Shown: piece by piece, positions 1 through 10,273 of the stretch
Position numbering within the stretch: the first letter of the stretch is position 1
How the letters are laid out: every line of letters starts with the position of its first letter
Assembly (NCBI GenBank): GCA_018401355.1
Contig: JAGYLD010000005.1
Span: 1,892 to 65,891, forward strand
DNA: 64,000 nucleotides
From: Bacteroidales bacterium
Lineage (GTDB): Bacteria > Bacteroidota > Bacteroidia > Bacteroidales > B18-G4
Direction of reading: 5' to 3'
The notes under the pieces: generated by a model
The model's database searches: none
What the model was told of the DNA's origin: nothing
The model's input: only the letters and a program-made list of their open reading frames with translations
Position numbers and translations under genes: made by a program

Positions 1-555
1 TACAAAGTAGTTGTTGAAGCCGGCAAAAACCTTCAGAAAAAAATAAAAACAAATATTGAAGAAGGGATACTTGATATCAGAAATGATAATGCATGCAACT
101 GGGTCAGAAGCTATGATAAACCATTAAAAGTCTATGTCCATCACATAAAACTGGATTCAATCGAATATCGATCCTCGGGCAATTTATATACGGAAGGAAC
201 CTTGATCAATGACTCAATAAAGCTTGATGTAAGAGAAGGCAGCGGGAGAATAGATCTTAAATTGCAAACCTCAAAATCCAGGATCAGTCTTCATTATGGC
301 ACCACTGACATTCATATAAGCGGCATCTCAAATGTTAATTTCATATCATCATCTTCATATGGACTTGTTGATTGTGAGAACCTGCAAACTACATTTACAT
401 ATATGAGTTCCTCCAGCACCAATGATTGTTATGTTAATGTTAATTTTGTTCTGGAAGTCATTATTAAAAATGCAGGGAATATTTATTACAGAGGAAACCC
501 CTCAGAGATTAAAAAGCTGATTTCAGGTGAGGGCGAATTGATAAAACTAAACTGA
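1..555 (+). CDS. DUF2807 / GIN-domain (adhesin-head-like beta-helix) protein, 3' part; ORF runs off the left edge
   Basis: Frame 1 has no stop from base 1 to the TGA at 553-555, so the listed 202..555 ORF is only the tail. Periodic beta-strand pattern (IKLDVREGSGRIDL, ISLHYGTTDIHISGISNV, NIYYRGNPSEI) is typical of DUF2807. Confidence 0.5.
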   Translation, partial: YKVVVEAGKNLQKKIKTNIEEGILDIRNDNACNWVRSYDKPLKVYVHHIKLDSIEYRSSGNLYTEGTLINDSIKLDVREGSGRIDLKLQTSKSRISLHYGTTDIHISGISNVNFISSSSYGLVDCENLQTTFTYMSSSSTNDCYVNVNFVLEVIIKNAGNIYYRGNPSEIKKLISGEGELIKLN

Positions 556-572
556 ATATCTAAACAATATTA

Positions 573-1916
573 ATGATCAAAAAAATAAATCCATATACAT
601 TTGCTATACCTTTAATCATACTCATCTGTTTATGGATCACTTCAAATTTTAACTGGGAAGAAAATCGATCCGGAAGGATAATTCAAACAGATGGCACGGG
701 ATATTATGCCTACTTACCTGCCATTTTTATTTACCAAGACCTCAATTTTGGATTTTTTGATGAAGTTGTTCAAAAAGGTTATCATCAAAATAACAAATAT
801 GATTACAGAAGTCATCATGAAAGTTTTATCATAAACAAGTACTATGTTGGAACTTCCATTGCATTGTTGCCTTTCTTTTTACTGGCACATATTATAACAC
901 TTATTTCAGGTTACCCTGCTGATGGATACTCATATTTTTATATGGTAATGATCAGCATTGCCGCAATCTTTTATCTGGCCGTAGGATTGATTTTTATTAG
1001 AAAAATTCTACTTAGTTTGAATGGCGCCACAGAGAAAATGGTTTCATTGATTCTTCTTGTGATTGTTTTTGGCACGAATATGTTTTACTATGTGGTGGAA
1101 GAACCATCAATGTCCCATATATATTCATTTTTCTTCATAACCCTGTTCATTTGGCAAGGCAAATTGTATTTTGACCAACCCACATGGAAAAATATCATTT
1201 TAATTTCTTTCATTTATGCCCTTATCATTCTCATCCGACCTGTGAATGGACTGATAATAATACTTTTGCCATTCATTGCCGGTGATCTCAATAAATTAGT
1301 TAATGGTGTAAAAGCATTTTTCAGGAATTATTTATGGTTGATAACAGCTTTGGTGGTTTTTTCCATCATCATCCTTATCCAGCCTGTCATTTATAAAATT
1401 CAAACCGGTGACTTCCTGGTTTATTCCTATGGAGAAGAGGGGTTTAATTTTCTTTCTCCAAATTTTACAGACTTCCTATTCAGTTACAGGAAAGGCTTAT
1501 TTGTATATACTCCGGTGATTTTTGTCTCTCTTGCAGGTGGATTTTATGTTTTCAGGCAAAATACACAACGCTTCTATTTCCTTGGAGGATTCCTGATAAT
1601 TTTGATTTATGTTTTGTCATCCTGGTGGCAATGGTATTATGGAGGAAGTTATTCTCAAAGAGTTATGATCGAATACTATGCTCTCCCATCAATTCTGCTT
1701 GGGTATTTTCTTTTTAATGTTAAGTCCAGCAATCTTAAAAGAATATATATTGCTATATTAACCTTATTATTATTAATAAACATCATACAATCAGAGCAAT
1801 ACAGGATTGCACACATCCATTGGTCAGAAATGAACAAGGAAAAGTACTGGAAAGTATTCTTAAGGTTAGATAAACTAATAGAGCGGGAAAACCCATTGAA
1901 TGGTGAAGATCTTTAA
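573..1916 (+). CDS. polytopic integral membrane protein, GT-C-like (putative glycosyltransferase)
   Basis: 447-aa ORF with many hydrophobic spans. Early loop motif TDGTGYYAYLP and the overall architecture resemble ArnT/PMT-type GT-C enzymes. Family assignment is from memory only. Confidence 0.4.
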   Translation: MIKKINPYTFAIPLIILICLWITSNFNWEENRSGRIIQTDGTGYYAYLPAIFIYQDLNFGFFDEVVQKGYHQNNKYDYRSHHESFIINKYYVGTSIALLPFFLLAHIITLISGYPADGYSYFYMVMISIAAIFYLAVGLIFIRKILLSLNGATEKMVSLILLVIVFGTNMFYYVVEEPSMSHIYSFFFITLFIWQGKLYFDQPTWKNIILISFIYALIILIRPVNGLIIILLPFIAGDLNKLVNGVKAFFRNYLWLITALVVFSIIILIQPVIYKIQTGDFLVYSYGEEGFNFLSPNFTDFLFSYRKGLFVYTPVIFVSLAGGFYVFRQNTQRFYFLGGFLIILIYVLSSWWQWYYGGSYSQRVMIEYYALPSILLGYFLFNVKSSNLKRIYIAILTLLLLINIIQSEQYRIAHIHWSEMNKEKYWKVFLRLDKLIERENPLNGEDL

Positions 1917-1922
1917 TACATA

Positions 1923-3398
1923 TTAATATGCCCTTGCGAACACTACCCTTTGTTTTGAAGGTTTGCCTGAGTATATGCATTTACCATCTTCCATTTTCCC
2001 ATCTATCGGAATCAGACGTATTGTTGCTTTCGTTTCCTCTTTTATTTTCTGCTCCGTTTCTGCTGTACCATCCCAATGTGCCAGAATAAATCCACCCTGA
2101 TCATCGAGTATATTCACAAATTCTTCCCAGGTATCAGCCTTTCTGGTGTTATTCTCCCTGAATGACAATGCCTTCTGGTACAAGTTATCCTGAATGGCTT
2201 CAAGCAGATGTTCAATTTTAGTGTCAATATCCTGGAACTGCAATATTTCTTTTTCCTGTGTATCCCTGCGGGCAACTTCCACCGTACCATTTTCAAGGTC
2301 TCTTGGACCTATGGCAATGCGAACAGGAACGCCTTTAAATTCATATTCTGCAAATTTCCAACCCGGCTTATGGATATCCCTGTCATCAAACTTCACAGAT
2401 ATTCCTTTACTCTCAAGAGATTTCTTTATTTCCAAAGCCTTTTCTGAAATAGCAGCAAGCTGTTCAGGCTTTTTGTAAATGGGAACAATGACAACCTGAG
2501 TTGGAGCCAGTTTCGGTGGTATTATCAAACCATTGTCATCAGAATGAGCCATGATCAAAGCACCCATCAGCCTGGTGCTTACTCCCCAGGATGTTGCCCA
2601 GACATATTCCTGTTTATTTTCCTTAGTAAGGTATTTGACATCAAAAGCTTTGGCAAAATTTTGTCCCAGGAAATGAGATGTTCCTGACTGAAGGGCCTTT
2701 CCATCCTGCATCAAAGCTTCAATACAATATGTTTCAACGGCACCGGCAAAACGCTCATTGGGAGACTTCAATCCTTTCAATACCGGCATGGCCATCCATT
2801 CTTCAGCAAATTCAGCATAAACATCAAGGATCTTTTCTGTTTCTTCGATGGCTTCTTCTTTTGTTGCATGGGCTGTATGGCCTTCCTGCCATAAAAATTC
2901 TGCAGTCCTTAAAAACAATCTTGTACGCATCTCCCACCTGACAACATTGGCCCATTGATTAATCAAAAGGGGAAGATCCCTGTAGGATTGTATCCATGTT
3001 TTATAGGTATCCCATATTATGGTTTCAGAAGTGGGCCTTATGATAAGCTCTTCTTCCAGTTTAGCATCATCATCGACTACAACCCCTTTACCATCAGGGG
3101 AATTTTTCAACCTGTAATGCGTCACAACAGCACACTCTTTAGCAAAACCTTCTACATGATCAGCTTCCCTGCTGAAAAATGATTTTGGAATAAAAATTGG
3201 AAAGTAGGCATTTACATGTCCTGTTGCTTTGAACATACCATCCAGCACAGATTGCATCTTTTCCCAAATTGCATATCCAGTTGGCTTAATGACCATACAA
3301 CCCCTTACAGCAGAGTTTTCTGCCAGGTCTGCTTTAATTACAAGATCATTGTACCATTGAGCATAGTTTTCTTTCCTGCTTGTTAAATCTTTGGCCAT
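1923..3398 (-). CDS. proS: proline--tRNA ligase (archaeal/eukaryote-like class II type)
   Basis: 491 aa. N-terminus [38 protein letters not shown], class II motifs, C-terminal ...RVVFARAY. Confidence 0.93.
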   Translation of the reverse strand: MAKDLTSRKENYAQWYNDLVIKADLAENSAVRGCMVIKPTGYAIWEKMQSVLDGMFKATGHVNAYFPIFIPKSFFSREADHVEGFAKECAVVTHYRLKNSPDGKGVVVDDDAKLEEELIIRPTSETIIWDTYKTWIQSYRDLPLLINQWANVVRWEMRTRLFLRTAEFLWQEGHTAHATKEEAIEETEKILDVYAEFAEEWMAMPVLKGLKSPNERFAGAVETYCIEALMQDGKALQSGTSHFLGQNFAKAFDVKYLTKENKQEYVWATSWGVSTRLMGALIMAHSDDNGLIIPPKLAPTQVVIVPIYKKPEQLAAISEKALEIKKSLESKGISVKFDDRDIHKPGWKFAEYEFKGVPVRIAIGPRDLENGTVEVARRDTQEKEILQFQDIDTKIEHLLEAIQDNLYQKALSFRENNTRKADTWEEFVNILDDQGGFILAHWDGTAETEQKIKEETKATIRLIPIDGKMEDGKCIYSGKPSKQRVVFARAY

Positions 3399-3498
3399 AG
3401 TTAATTTTGGTATAGTATTTGCTTATTATAAAGTGACACAACAAAAGTAATAAAACAGCAACAAATACAATATAAAATATAAAAGGAAGGAGCCCATC

Positions 3499-5073
3499 AT
3501 GAAACTTACCAACATTTTAATCCTGTTTATAGCCCTTTTAATGGTTTCCTGTTCTTCTACCTATCAATCCACCTTGCCTCAGGATGATATTTACTACTCG
3601 GGTTCACAAAAATCATCTATACAGGATAAAGACAAGGATATTAAAACTTCTTCTGAGACATATACCTCAAGAGAAGTGTATCAAAGTTCTGAATATGGTG
3701 AAGAAGAGGAATTTTCAAAGTACGATTCGGGATATGATAATGATAATTACTATGAAGACGAATATTACGAGGAAGATTTTAGCATGGAGGATTATTATGA
3801 TTATTCCTATTCTTCAAGGATAAAAAGGTTTCATGGGTCCTCATCCGATCTTGGATACTATGACAATTACTACACAAACCAATATTTTTATAATTACGAT
3901 CCTTATTCTTATGGCAGTTCTATTTACATGGGTTATAACTGGTGGTATCCTGATTACTATTACCGGCCATCATTATACTTCAGCTATGGTTGGGGATTGG
4001 GTAGTTTCGGTTATGGATGGGGTTATCCATATTACAATTATTGCTGGCCTTATTCCTGTGGTTGGGGTTATGGCAGCTATTGGCAAGGATACTGGAATGG
4101 TTATTATGATGGCTACTACGACAGGTATTATTACAACAGTTATGATTATAACTCCAATTATTATGGACAACGCGGTTCACGAGGATTGAATACCAATGGT
4201 ACAGGTGGTGGAACCATCAACAAACCTTTTGGAGAAAAATATGAAGATGCAATAGCTGCAGGAAGGATCTCCAGCGCGCAAAACAATCAGATTGCATCAC
4301 AGACAACTACCGGTAAATCAGGAAATGCCGAAAGGATAAATACAAGCAGAGCCACCAAGGAACTTAACCAGGCAGATTCCAAACGTCCTAATACCAGTGC
4401 AAAAGAACCCAGCGCAAGGTCTTACCGTACTGAAACGCAACCAACAAGTAAACGGGAGTCTTCCACCATAAGAAATACATCTGCATCAAAAAATCCTGTT
4501 CAAACGACCGCTAAAAAGGAAAGGCTTTCAAAACCTTCAAACGCATCAGCTACCAGGCAAAGTGAACCAGTCAGGAAATATGAATCGCCCAGCAAATCAC
4601 GTTATACAAGTCGCGAAGATTATAATAAGAGGCAAAAGACATACAGCAAACCACAGACTTATCAAAAACCCGACTACAGAAATGCCAGGTCGAGTCAGGA
4701 ATACACAACACCCAGGCGATCAACCGGAAGCAGTTCTATTCAAAGCAGGCAGAACAATAATCAAAGCTATTCCGGAAGAACGAACACTTCAAGGTCAGGC
4801 TCAACCAACAGGTCTTACTCAAGTCCTTCCAGGAGCAATACCCAAAGATATTCGCAACCTTCAAACAGGAGTAGCAGAACTTACTCAACACCCTCAAGGA
4901 GCAGCAGGAGCATTTCAACCCCTTCAACCCCTTCAAGGTCCTCGGGCCGGAGTATCTCTACCCCCACCCGATCCAGAAGCACCATCAGCTCTCCTTCAAG
5001 ATCCTCATCTTCAGGGAGCAAAAGTTCAGGAAGCACATCAGGTAGCGGTGGAAGCAGGGGTGGCAGAAGATAA
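3499..5073 (+). CDS. lipoprotein composed almost entirely of low-complexity sequence (acidic/Tyr block, Tyr-Trp-Gly block, basic Ser/Arg/Thr tail)
   Basis: Signal peptide plus lipobox MKLTNILILFIALLMVSC (Cys18). A 524-aa uninterrupted frame despite repetitive composition. All alternative-frame ORFs inside it are shorter. Confidence 0.7.
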   Translation: MKLTNILILFIALLMVSCSSTYQSTLPQDDIYYSGSQKSSIQDKDKDIKTSSETYTSREVYQSSEYGEEEEFSKYDSGYDNDNYYEDEYYEEDFSMEDYYDYSYSSRIKRFHGSSSDLGYYDNYYTNQYFYNYDPYSYGSSIYMGYNWWYPDYYYRPSLYFSYGWGLGSFGYGWGYPYYNYCWPYSCGWGYGSYWQGYWNGYYDGYYDRYYYNSYDYNSNYYGQRGSRGLNTNGTGGGTINKPFGEKYEDAIAAGRISSAQNNQIASQTTTGKSGNAERINTSRATKELNQADSKRPNTSAKEPSARSYRTETQPTSKRESSTIRNTSASKNPVQTTAKKERLSKPSNASATRQSEPVRKYESPSKSRYTSREDYNKRQKTYSKPQTYQKPDYRNARSSQEYTTPRRSTGSSSIQSRQNNNQSYSGRTNTSRSGSTNRSYSSPSRSNTQRYSQPSNRSSRTYSTPSRSSRSISTPSTPSRSSGRSISTPTRSRSTISSPSRSSSSGSKSSGSTSGSGGSRGGRR

Positions 5074-5115
5074 CATTACTATACTTTGAAAAACTAAACT
5101 CAAACTCGATTGAAA

Positions 5116-6591
5116 ATGAAAAGATTATCTTTGGCCTTATCAGTATTTTTCATGGCCACTTTTAGCCTTAGTTCACAAACAGCAGTCGATGCCCTAAAAT
5201 ACTCAAGAATACATGCTGGTGGAACTGCCCGTTTTATAAGTATGGGTGGTGCTTTTGGAGCTTTGGGGGCAGATTTTTCAACGCTCAGCACCAACCCCGC
5301 AGGAATTGCAGTTTACAGAGGTTCTGAATTAACAATTACGCCTTCGATTTTCTCAGGATCGACCGAAGCAAGCTATCTTGGGAATACATCAAAAGATTAT
5401 CGCATCAACTTCAATCTTGGAAATATTGGTCTCGTTTTTACAAAAGAGATTTTCCCAAGTTCAAAAAGCAAAGGTTGGAAAAGTACTCATTTTGGAATCG
5501 GTCTTAATCGTTTAAATGACTTTAACAACAGAATGGAAATCCACGGAGCAGATGCAACCACTTCTCTCCTGGATGTATATACAAGCTATGCCAACAACAA
5601 CAGCATTAATTACAGTGATATTGAAACAGATCCATTCTACGAATTCGCCTATGACCTTAATCCTGCCTGGTGGACATTCTTAATGGACACGCTCGGTGGA
5701 CCAGGTTCATATGATAATCCTATCTTGCAGGAAGGCAGCAACCAAAGAATGAATGTAAACTCCTGGGGTTCCATGAACGAATTTGTGATCAGCTTTGGTA
5801 GTAACTATAATGATAAGCTATTTATAGGTGGATCTTTTGGCATACCTTATATCAGGTATTTTGAAGAAAGTACTTATACAGAAGAGTTCACTTCCGATAC
5901 AAACGATCTGTACCGTTTTGATGTAAACAGAGAACTTGAAACAAAGGCCAGTGGATTTAACTTTAAATTTGGCGTAATTGCTAAACCTGTAAACTGGCTC
6001 AGAATTGGTGGAGCCATTCATACACCCACATTCTATTCCAATATACGCGACAGGAATGTGGCCGTCTTCGAATCCAGGTTCAGAACACCAGACTTAGACG
6101 GCAGGACATCATACAGACATAGCAACACATGGACGAAAACTTATAATTTAACCACCCCATTCCGGGCACTGGGAAGTGTTGCATTTGTATTTGCCCCATA
6201 TGGACTTATTAGTTTTGAATATAATTATGTAGATTATTCACAAGCCAGGTTCAGAGATGTTCCCGGATACATAAATGATGATATAAAAAACGGATACAGA
6301 TCTACACACAATTTTATGGCCGGAACAGAATGGAGGTATGACATTTTCAGTTTCAGACTGGGTTATGCATACAACAGCAGTCCATATCAGTCAGGTTTGA
6401 ACGATGGTGTTAAAAGCACGTACTCCGGAGGAATCGGGATCAATTTCCAGAATTATTACCTCGATCTTGCCTATGCATACTCAAAATATAACGAGGATTA
6501 TTACCTCTATAGTTATGATAATATAACTGCAATGTCGGTAAATGAAATTACAGGGCAAAGATTTCTGTTCACTTTTGGTGCAAAATTTTAA
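5116..6591 (+). CDS. FadL/TodX/PorV-like outer-membrane beta-barrel protein
   Basis: Signal peptide MKRLSLALSVFFMATFSLSSQ. N-terminal hatch-like motif GGTARFISMGGAFGALGADFSTLSTNPAGIA. Alternating aromatic beta-strand pattern and C-terminal ...FTFGAKF. ATG at 5116 preferred over the TTG at 5110. Confidence 0.55.
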   Translation: MKRLSLALSVFFMATFSLSSQTAVDALKYSRIHAGGTARFISMGGAFGALGADFSTLSTNPAGIAVYRGSELTITPSIFSGSTEASYLGNTSKDYRINFNLGNIGLVFTKEIFPSSKSKGWKSTHFGIGLNRLNDFNNRMEIHGADATTSLLDVYTSYANNNSINYSDIETDPFYEFAYDLNPAWWTFLMDTLGGPGSYDNPILQEGSNQRMNVNSWGSMNEFVISFGSNYNDKLFIGGSFGIPYIRYFEESTYTEEFTSDTNDLYRFDVNRELETKASGFNFKFGVIAKPVNWLRIGGAIHTPTFYSNIRDRNVAVFESRFRTPDLDGRTSYRHSNTWTKTYNLTTPFRALGSVAFVFAPYGLISFEYNYVDYSQARFRDVPGYINDDIKNGYRSTHNFMAGTEWRYDIFSFRLGYAYNSSPYQSGLNDGVKSTYSGGIGINFQNYYLDLAYAYSKYNEDYYLYSYDNITAMSVNEITGQRFLFTFGAKF

Positions 6592-6602
6592 TCGTTCGGG
6601 GG

Positions 6603-8084
6603 CTAATAATCGCTGATTCTGTTCAGACCAGCTTTGGCTTTTTGCTTTATACTGGTCTCATACTCATCAAAATCCATATTCTTACAGCGCCTGTACATAA
6701 ATTCAGCCTCCCTGATGGCTCCCCTCATTTCATAAATGTTGCCCAACTTTAACGCAGCATTTGCAGCAAAATATTTTTTCAGGCTTTCGCCAAAGTCAAT
6801 GGTTTTTAAATAATATTCTTCAGCCAAATCATACTTACCCCATGAATCATACACCCTTCCAAACCTGTAGAACCATTCTGCCGAATCTGCCATACAACTT
6901 AAAGAACCAACCGCTGAATCCAATTCAAACCTGGATTCCTTAAAATATCCACCATCAAAGAGCATGCGGGCCTTTAGCAGGGCAACATTTGGAATATCTC
7001 CAGATTCTGCCTCTTTTAATGCCAGCTTATCCCCATCAGTTTCTGCAAAACCATATCTTAAAATTTTATTGATATTACTATGATATCCTGCAGAATCACC
7101 GGATATTAAATATGACCATGCAATTCTCTGATAAGCCTCCCTGATATAATTTTTTCCCTTAAAATTTGAGACGTAAGCATAAAAATATTTTCTTGCACCA
7201 GGGTCGAGTTTATGCAACAAACACAATCCTGTCAGATAATCCAGATAAAAAAAACTAAAATAATTATCACCCCTGGGGGCATTTTTAAAAATTCTTATGG
7301 CATCTTCATTTCTGCTTTTACTCATAAGTAACCTGCCATACGCATAGGATATGACAGGGGAAAAACCAGAGAGGCTGTCATATTCCTCTTCGAAGGGGAT
7401 CGGTTTATGAACATCTGCAAGCAGGTTCATATGAACAAATCCCAGAAAGAACAAGGCTTCAGGAAATAAAAAACCATTTTCATTATTTGCTGATACGGCA
7501 ATGTAAGCATTGATCTCTTCAACACCATTTTCAATTGATCCTTTCATTGAGAATAAACCTGCAATCCACTTGTATTTATCAGGAACAGATCCCACAAGCA
7601 CATGCATCATCCCCATGGCCAGCATATTTGGTCTGAAATCAGGGTGTAGCTCAATGTTTCTTTCAAGGTAATGATAACTTTTCCGTATTTCCATGGCAGC
7701 CCTTACATATTCTCCAAACTTTATTCGCACAAATGCCCATTGGAGGTTTATTTGTGCCAAACTAAAAAGGTAATATGGCGAATTTAGGTCACCAGATTCC
7801 AGGATTTCGATTCTTTGATCCTTTAATATTTTTCTGGATATAAACTCCCCTTCCTCCTCTGAAATAATGATTGTCAGAAAGTCAATGTAATTTTCAAGAA
7901 GAATTGGAATATTATTCTCAGGATTTTCTGACTTTTCAATGTTCAACAACAACTGGCCATCCTGAAACCGCAGGTTAATAATATCTTCATAAGCCTTCAG
8001 ACAGCGATGATTAAGTTCATATTGGCCAGATGCATCAATGCATACAAAGGAAAGTAAAAGGATTAAGGCAATGGTCAATTTCAT
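6603..8084 (-). CDS. secreted TPR-like repeat protein
   Basis: Signal peptide MKLTIALILLLSFVCIDASGQ. Helical repeat pattern with A/Y/L spacing, for example LGNIYEMRGAIREAEFMYRRC. Confidence 0.45.
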   Translation of the reverse strand: MKLTIALILLLSFVCIDASGQYELNHRCLKAYEDIINLRFQDGQLLLNIEKSENPENNIPILLENYIDFLTIIISEEEGEFISRKILKDQRIEILESGDLNSPYYLFSLAQINLQWAFVRIKFGEYVRAAMEIRKSYHYLERNIELHPDFRPNMLAMGMMHVLVGSVPDKYKWIAGLFSMKGSIENGVEEINAYIAVSANNENGFLFPEALFFLGFVHMNLLADVHKPIPFEEEYDSLSGFSPVISYAYGRLLMSKSRNEDAIRIFKNAPRGDNYFSFFYLDYLTGLCLLHKLDPGARKYFYAYVSNFKGKNYIREAYQRIAWSYLISGDSAGYHSNINKILRYGFAETDGDKLALKEAESGDIPNVALLKARMLFDGGYFKESRFELDSAVGSLSCMADSAEWFYRFGRVYDSWGKYDLAEEYYLKTIDFGESLKKYFAANAALKLGNIYEMRGAIREAEFMYRRCKNMDFDEYETSIKQKAKAGLNRISDY

Positions 8085-8096
8085 TGCTATAAAGAT

Positions 8097-8126
8097 AAAA
8101 AAAGAGGAGGCAACCTGTGCCCCCTC
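8097..8126 (-). terminator. intrinsic terminator after the Nif3 / zinc-ribbon gene pair
   Basis: On the minus strand: GAGGGGGCA-caggt-TGCCTCCTC (9 bp including one G-U pair) followed by T7. It lies 19 nt after the stop at 8145 and 12 nt before the start of the next gene at 8084. Confidence 0.6.
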
Positions 8127-8144
8127 ATAAGATCTTCTGAATAA

Positions 8145-8942
8145 TTAATTGTTGTCTACCCGGTTGGCAATTTCCTCATCAACAAGGATCCTTCCACAAT
8201 ACTCGCAAACAATGATTTTCTTGTGCATTTTAATGTCAAGCTGATGTTGAGGAGGTATCTTATTAAAACAGCCACCACAGGCATCTCTTTCAATTTTTAC
8301 TACCGCCAGTCCGTTTCTGGCATTCTTGCGGATTCTTTTGTAAGCCTGTACCAGGCGATCATCAATTGCCTTCTGATTGCTTTCTGACTTTTTCAAAAGT
8401 TCCTTTTCCTCTTTTTCTGTTTCAGTTACGATGTCTGTCAGTTCTGCTTTCTTAAGATCCAGGTCTTTTTTCCGCTCATCATAATCTAATTGCGCAACTC
8501 CAATTTCCTTTTGTTTGGTTTCCATTTCAAGCTGGCTCTCATTGATCCTTTTTTCAGCAAGTTGAATTTCCAAAGTCTGAAACTCTATCTCCTTAGTTAG
8601 TGAATCATATTCACGATTATTCCTGACATTCATTTGCTGGTCGGCATACTTTTTGATCAACGCTTCGCTTTCCTTAATGCTGCTTTGTTTCGCGGTTATA
8701 TTCTTTTCAATATCTTCAATTTCACTCTTGTAATTATTGATACGCGTTTCAAGTCCAATAAGCTCATCTTCAAGGTCCTGGACTTCCAGCGGAAGCTCAC
8801 CTCTGATATTTCGTATCCTATCAATATGAGTATCTGTTTGTTGCAAGGAATAAAGGGACATCAGGATGATTTCAACTTTCTTTTCGGTCTGATCATCCTG
8901 ATTCTCATTTTTCCTGATTTGTTTTACTTCATCTTTTGCCAT
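8145..8942 (-). CDS. coiled-coil C4 zinc-ribbon protein (COG1579 / DUF164 family)
   Basis: Long heptad-rich K/E region, then CGGCFNKIPPQ...IVCEYCGRIL. It follows a Nif3 gene, which is a conserved pairing. Confidence 0.75.
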   Translation of the reverse strand: MAKDEVKQIRKNENQDDQTEKKVEIILMSLYSLQQTDTHIDRIRNIRGELPLEVQDLEDELIGLETRINNYKSEIEDIEKNITAKQSSIKESEALIKKYADQQMNVRNNREYDSLTKEIEFQTLEIQLAEKRINESQLEMETKQKEIGVAQLDYDERKKDLDLKKAELTDIVTETEKEEKELLKKSESNQKAIDDRLVQAYKRIRKNARNGLAVVKIERDACGGCFNKIPPQHQLDIKMHKKIIVCEYCGRILVDEEIANRVDNN

Positions 8943-8981
8943 AATATCTTTTTGAAACTTTATTCCGGAATTGAGGCACCA

Positions 8982-10079
8982 TTAAGAAAAATAATGGACT
9001 GCGTTTGTATTGATTTCTGAAATCTGGACGGCAAATTTAGGAAATTTTTTCTTAATCAAGTCGAATATAAGCTCTTTTGTGTATTTTTCGCTCTCATAAT
9101 GCCCTATATCAATCAATACAATCCTTTCCTCTGCATCAAAAAACTGATGATATTTCAAATCTCCGGTAATAAAAGCATCAGCACCTGAGGCAATAGCCTT
9201 TTTTATCAGGAAGCTACCAGAGCCTCCACATATTGCCACTTTACTGATGGTTTTTCCAAATAACTGAGAATGCCTGATGACATGAAGATCCAATTTTCCC
9301 TTCAAATATTTCAGGAAAGCCTTATCATCCATTTCAATATTAAGATAACCCAACATCCCTGCACCTGTTTGATCAAAAATGTTTTCCAGGGGATACAAGT
9401 CATAAGCCACTTCTTCATAAGGGTGTGCCCTTATCAAAGAAACAATTATTTCCTGTTCTTTATAAACCGGATAAATGGTTTCAATCCTGACCTCCTCTTC
9501 AAAATGAATTTTACCCTTTTCACCAACATAAGGATCAGAATGATCACCGGCTTTAAATGTACCCTTTCCTGTAAGGTTATATGAGCAGGAATCATAATTA
9601 CCAATATGTCCGGCCCCAGCCTCAAACAATGCTTCCCTCACTTTATCAGCATGATCAACAGGACAAAATGTAACCAGTTTTCTGAGGAGCCCTTTCATGG
9701 GTGAAAGAATTCTGCACTTTTCCAATCCAATGGCTCTTGCAAGATAATGGTTAACACCGCCAATCACATTATCAAGGTTTGTATGCATACAATAAATTGC
9801 AATATCATTTTTAATAGCATTGATAAGAATGCGTTCAACATATGATCTGCCACTTAATTTCTTAATACCAGAAAATATCAAAGGATGATGAGATACAATA
9901 AGGGATATATCATTTTCAATTGCCTCATATAAAACATCTTGAGTAACATCTACACAAACCAGTGCACTGTCAATTTCTTTTTCAGGATTTCCACAAATTA
10001 AACCTGAATTATCATAATCTTCCTGTAATAATATTGAAACTTCTGATTCAAGGTATCGTATAATATCTGATAATTTCAT
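8982..10079 (-). CDS. Nif3-like dinuclear metal centre protein (GTP cyclohydrolase 1 type 2 homolog)
   Basis: MKLSDIIRYLE... and SHHPLIF, HTNLD, GHYESE motifs with an inserted PII-like domain. ATG at 10079 preferred over the GTG at 10097. Confidence 0.85.
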   Translation of the reverse strand: MKLSDIIRYLESEVSILLQEDYDNSGLICGNPEKEIDSALVCVDVTQDVLYEAIENDISLIVSHHPLIFSGIKKLSGRSYVERILINAIKNDIAIYCMHTNLDNVIGGVNHYLARAIGLEKCRILSPMKGLLRKLVTFCPVDHADKVREALFEAGAGHIGNYDSCSYNLTGKGTFKAGDHSDPYVGEKGKIHFEEEVRIETIYPVYKEQEIIVSLIRAHPYEEVAYDLYPLENIFDQTGAGMLGYLNIEMDDKAFLKYLKGKLDLHVIRHSQLFGKTISKVAICGGSGSFLIKKAIASGADAFITGDLKYHQFFDAEERIVLIDIGHYESEKYTKELIFDLIKKKFPKFAVQISEINTNAVHYFS

Positions 10080-10273
10080 TTTCCAGGCATTTTTCACTAA
10101 GATAACTCATTTTTTTGTACAACATCTAAAGAAACAACATTTTCCTCATAATTAAGGGCTTATTAAATATTTGCTTGGATTTTTCAGATAAGTGTATGGT
10201 TTTTTCGAACGAATTAAGAAAAAGATAACACTTCAAGGATTGACATAGTAAAAATATTTTGTAACTTACCGCG

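Noticed and set aside
3584-5089. Several alternative-frame and antisense ORFs (3584-3823, 3833-4189, 3973-4180, 4562-5089, 4736-4936) inside the low-complexity lipoprotein gene
   Set aside because: Repetitive TAT/GGT/AGC-rich DNA keeps several frames open by chance. Only the 3499-5073 frame has a signal peptide and spans the whole region.
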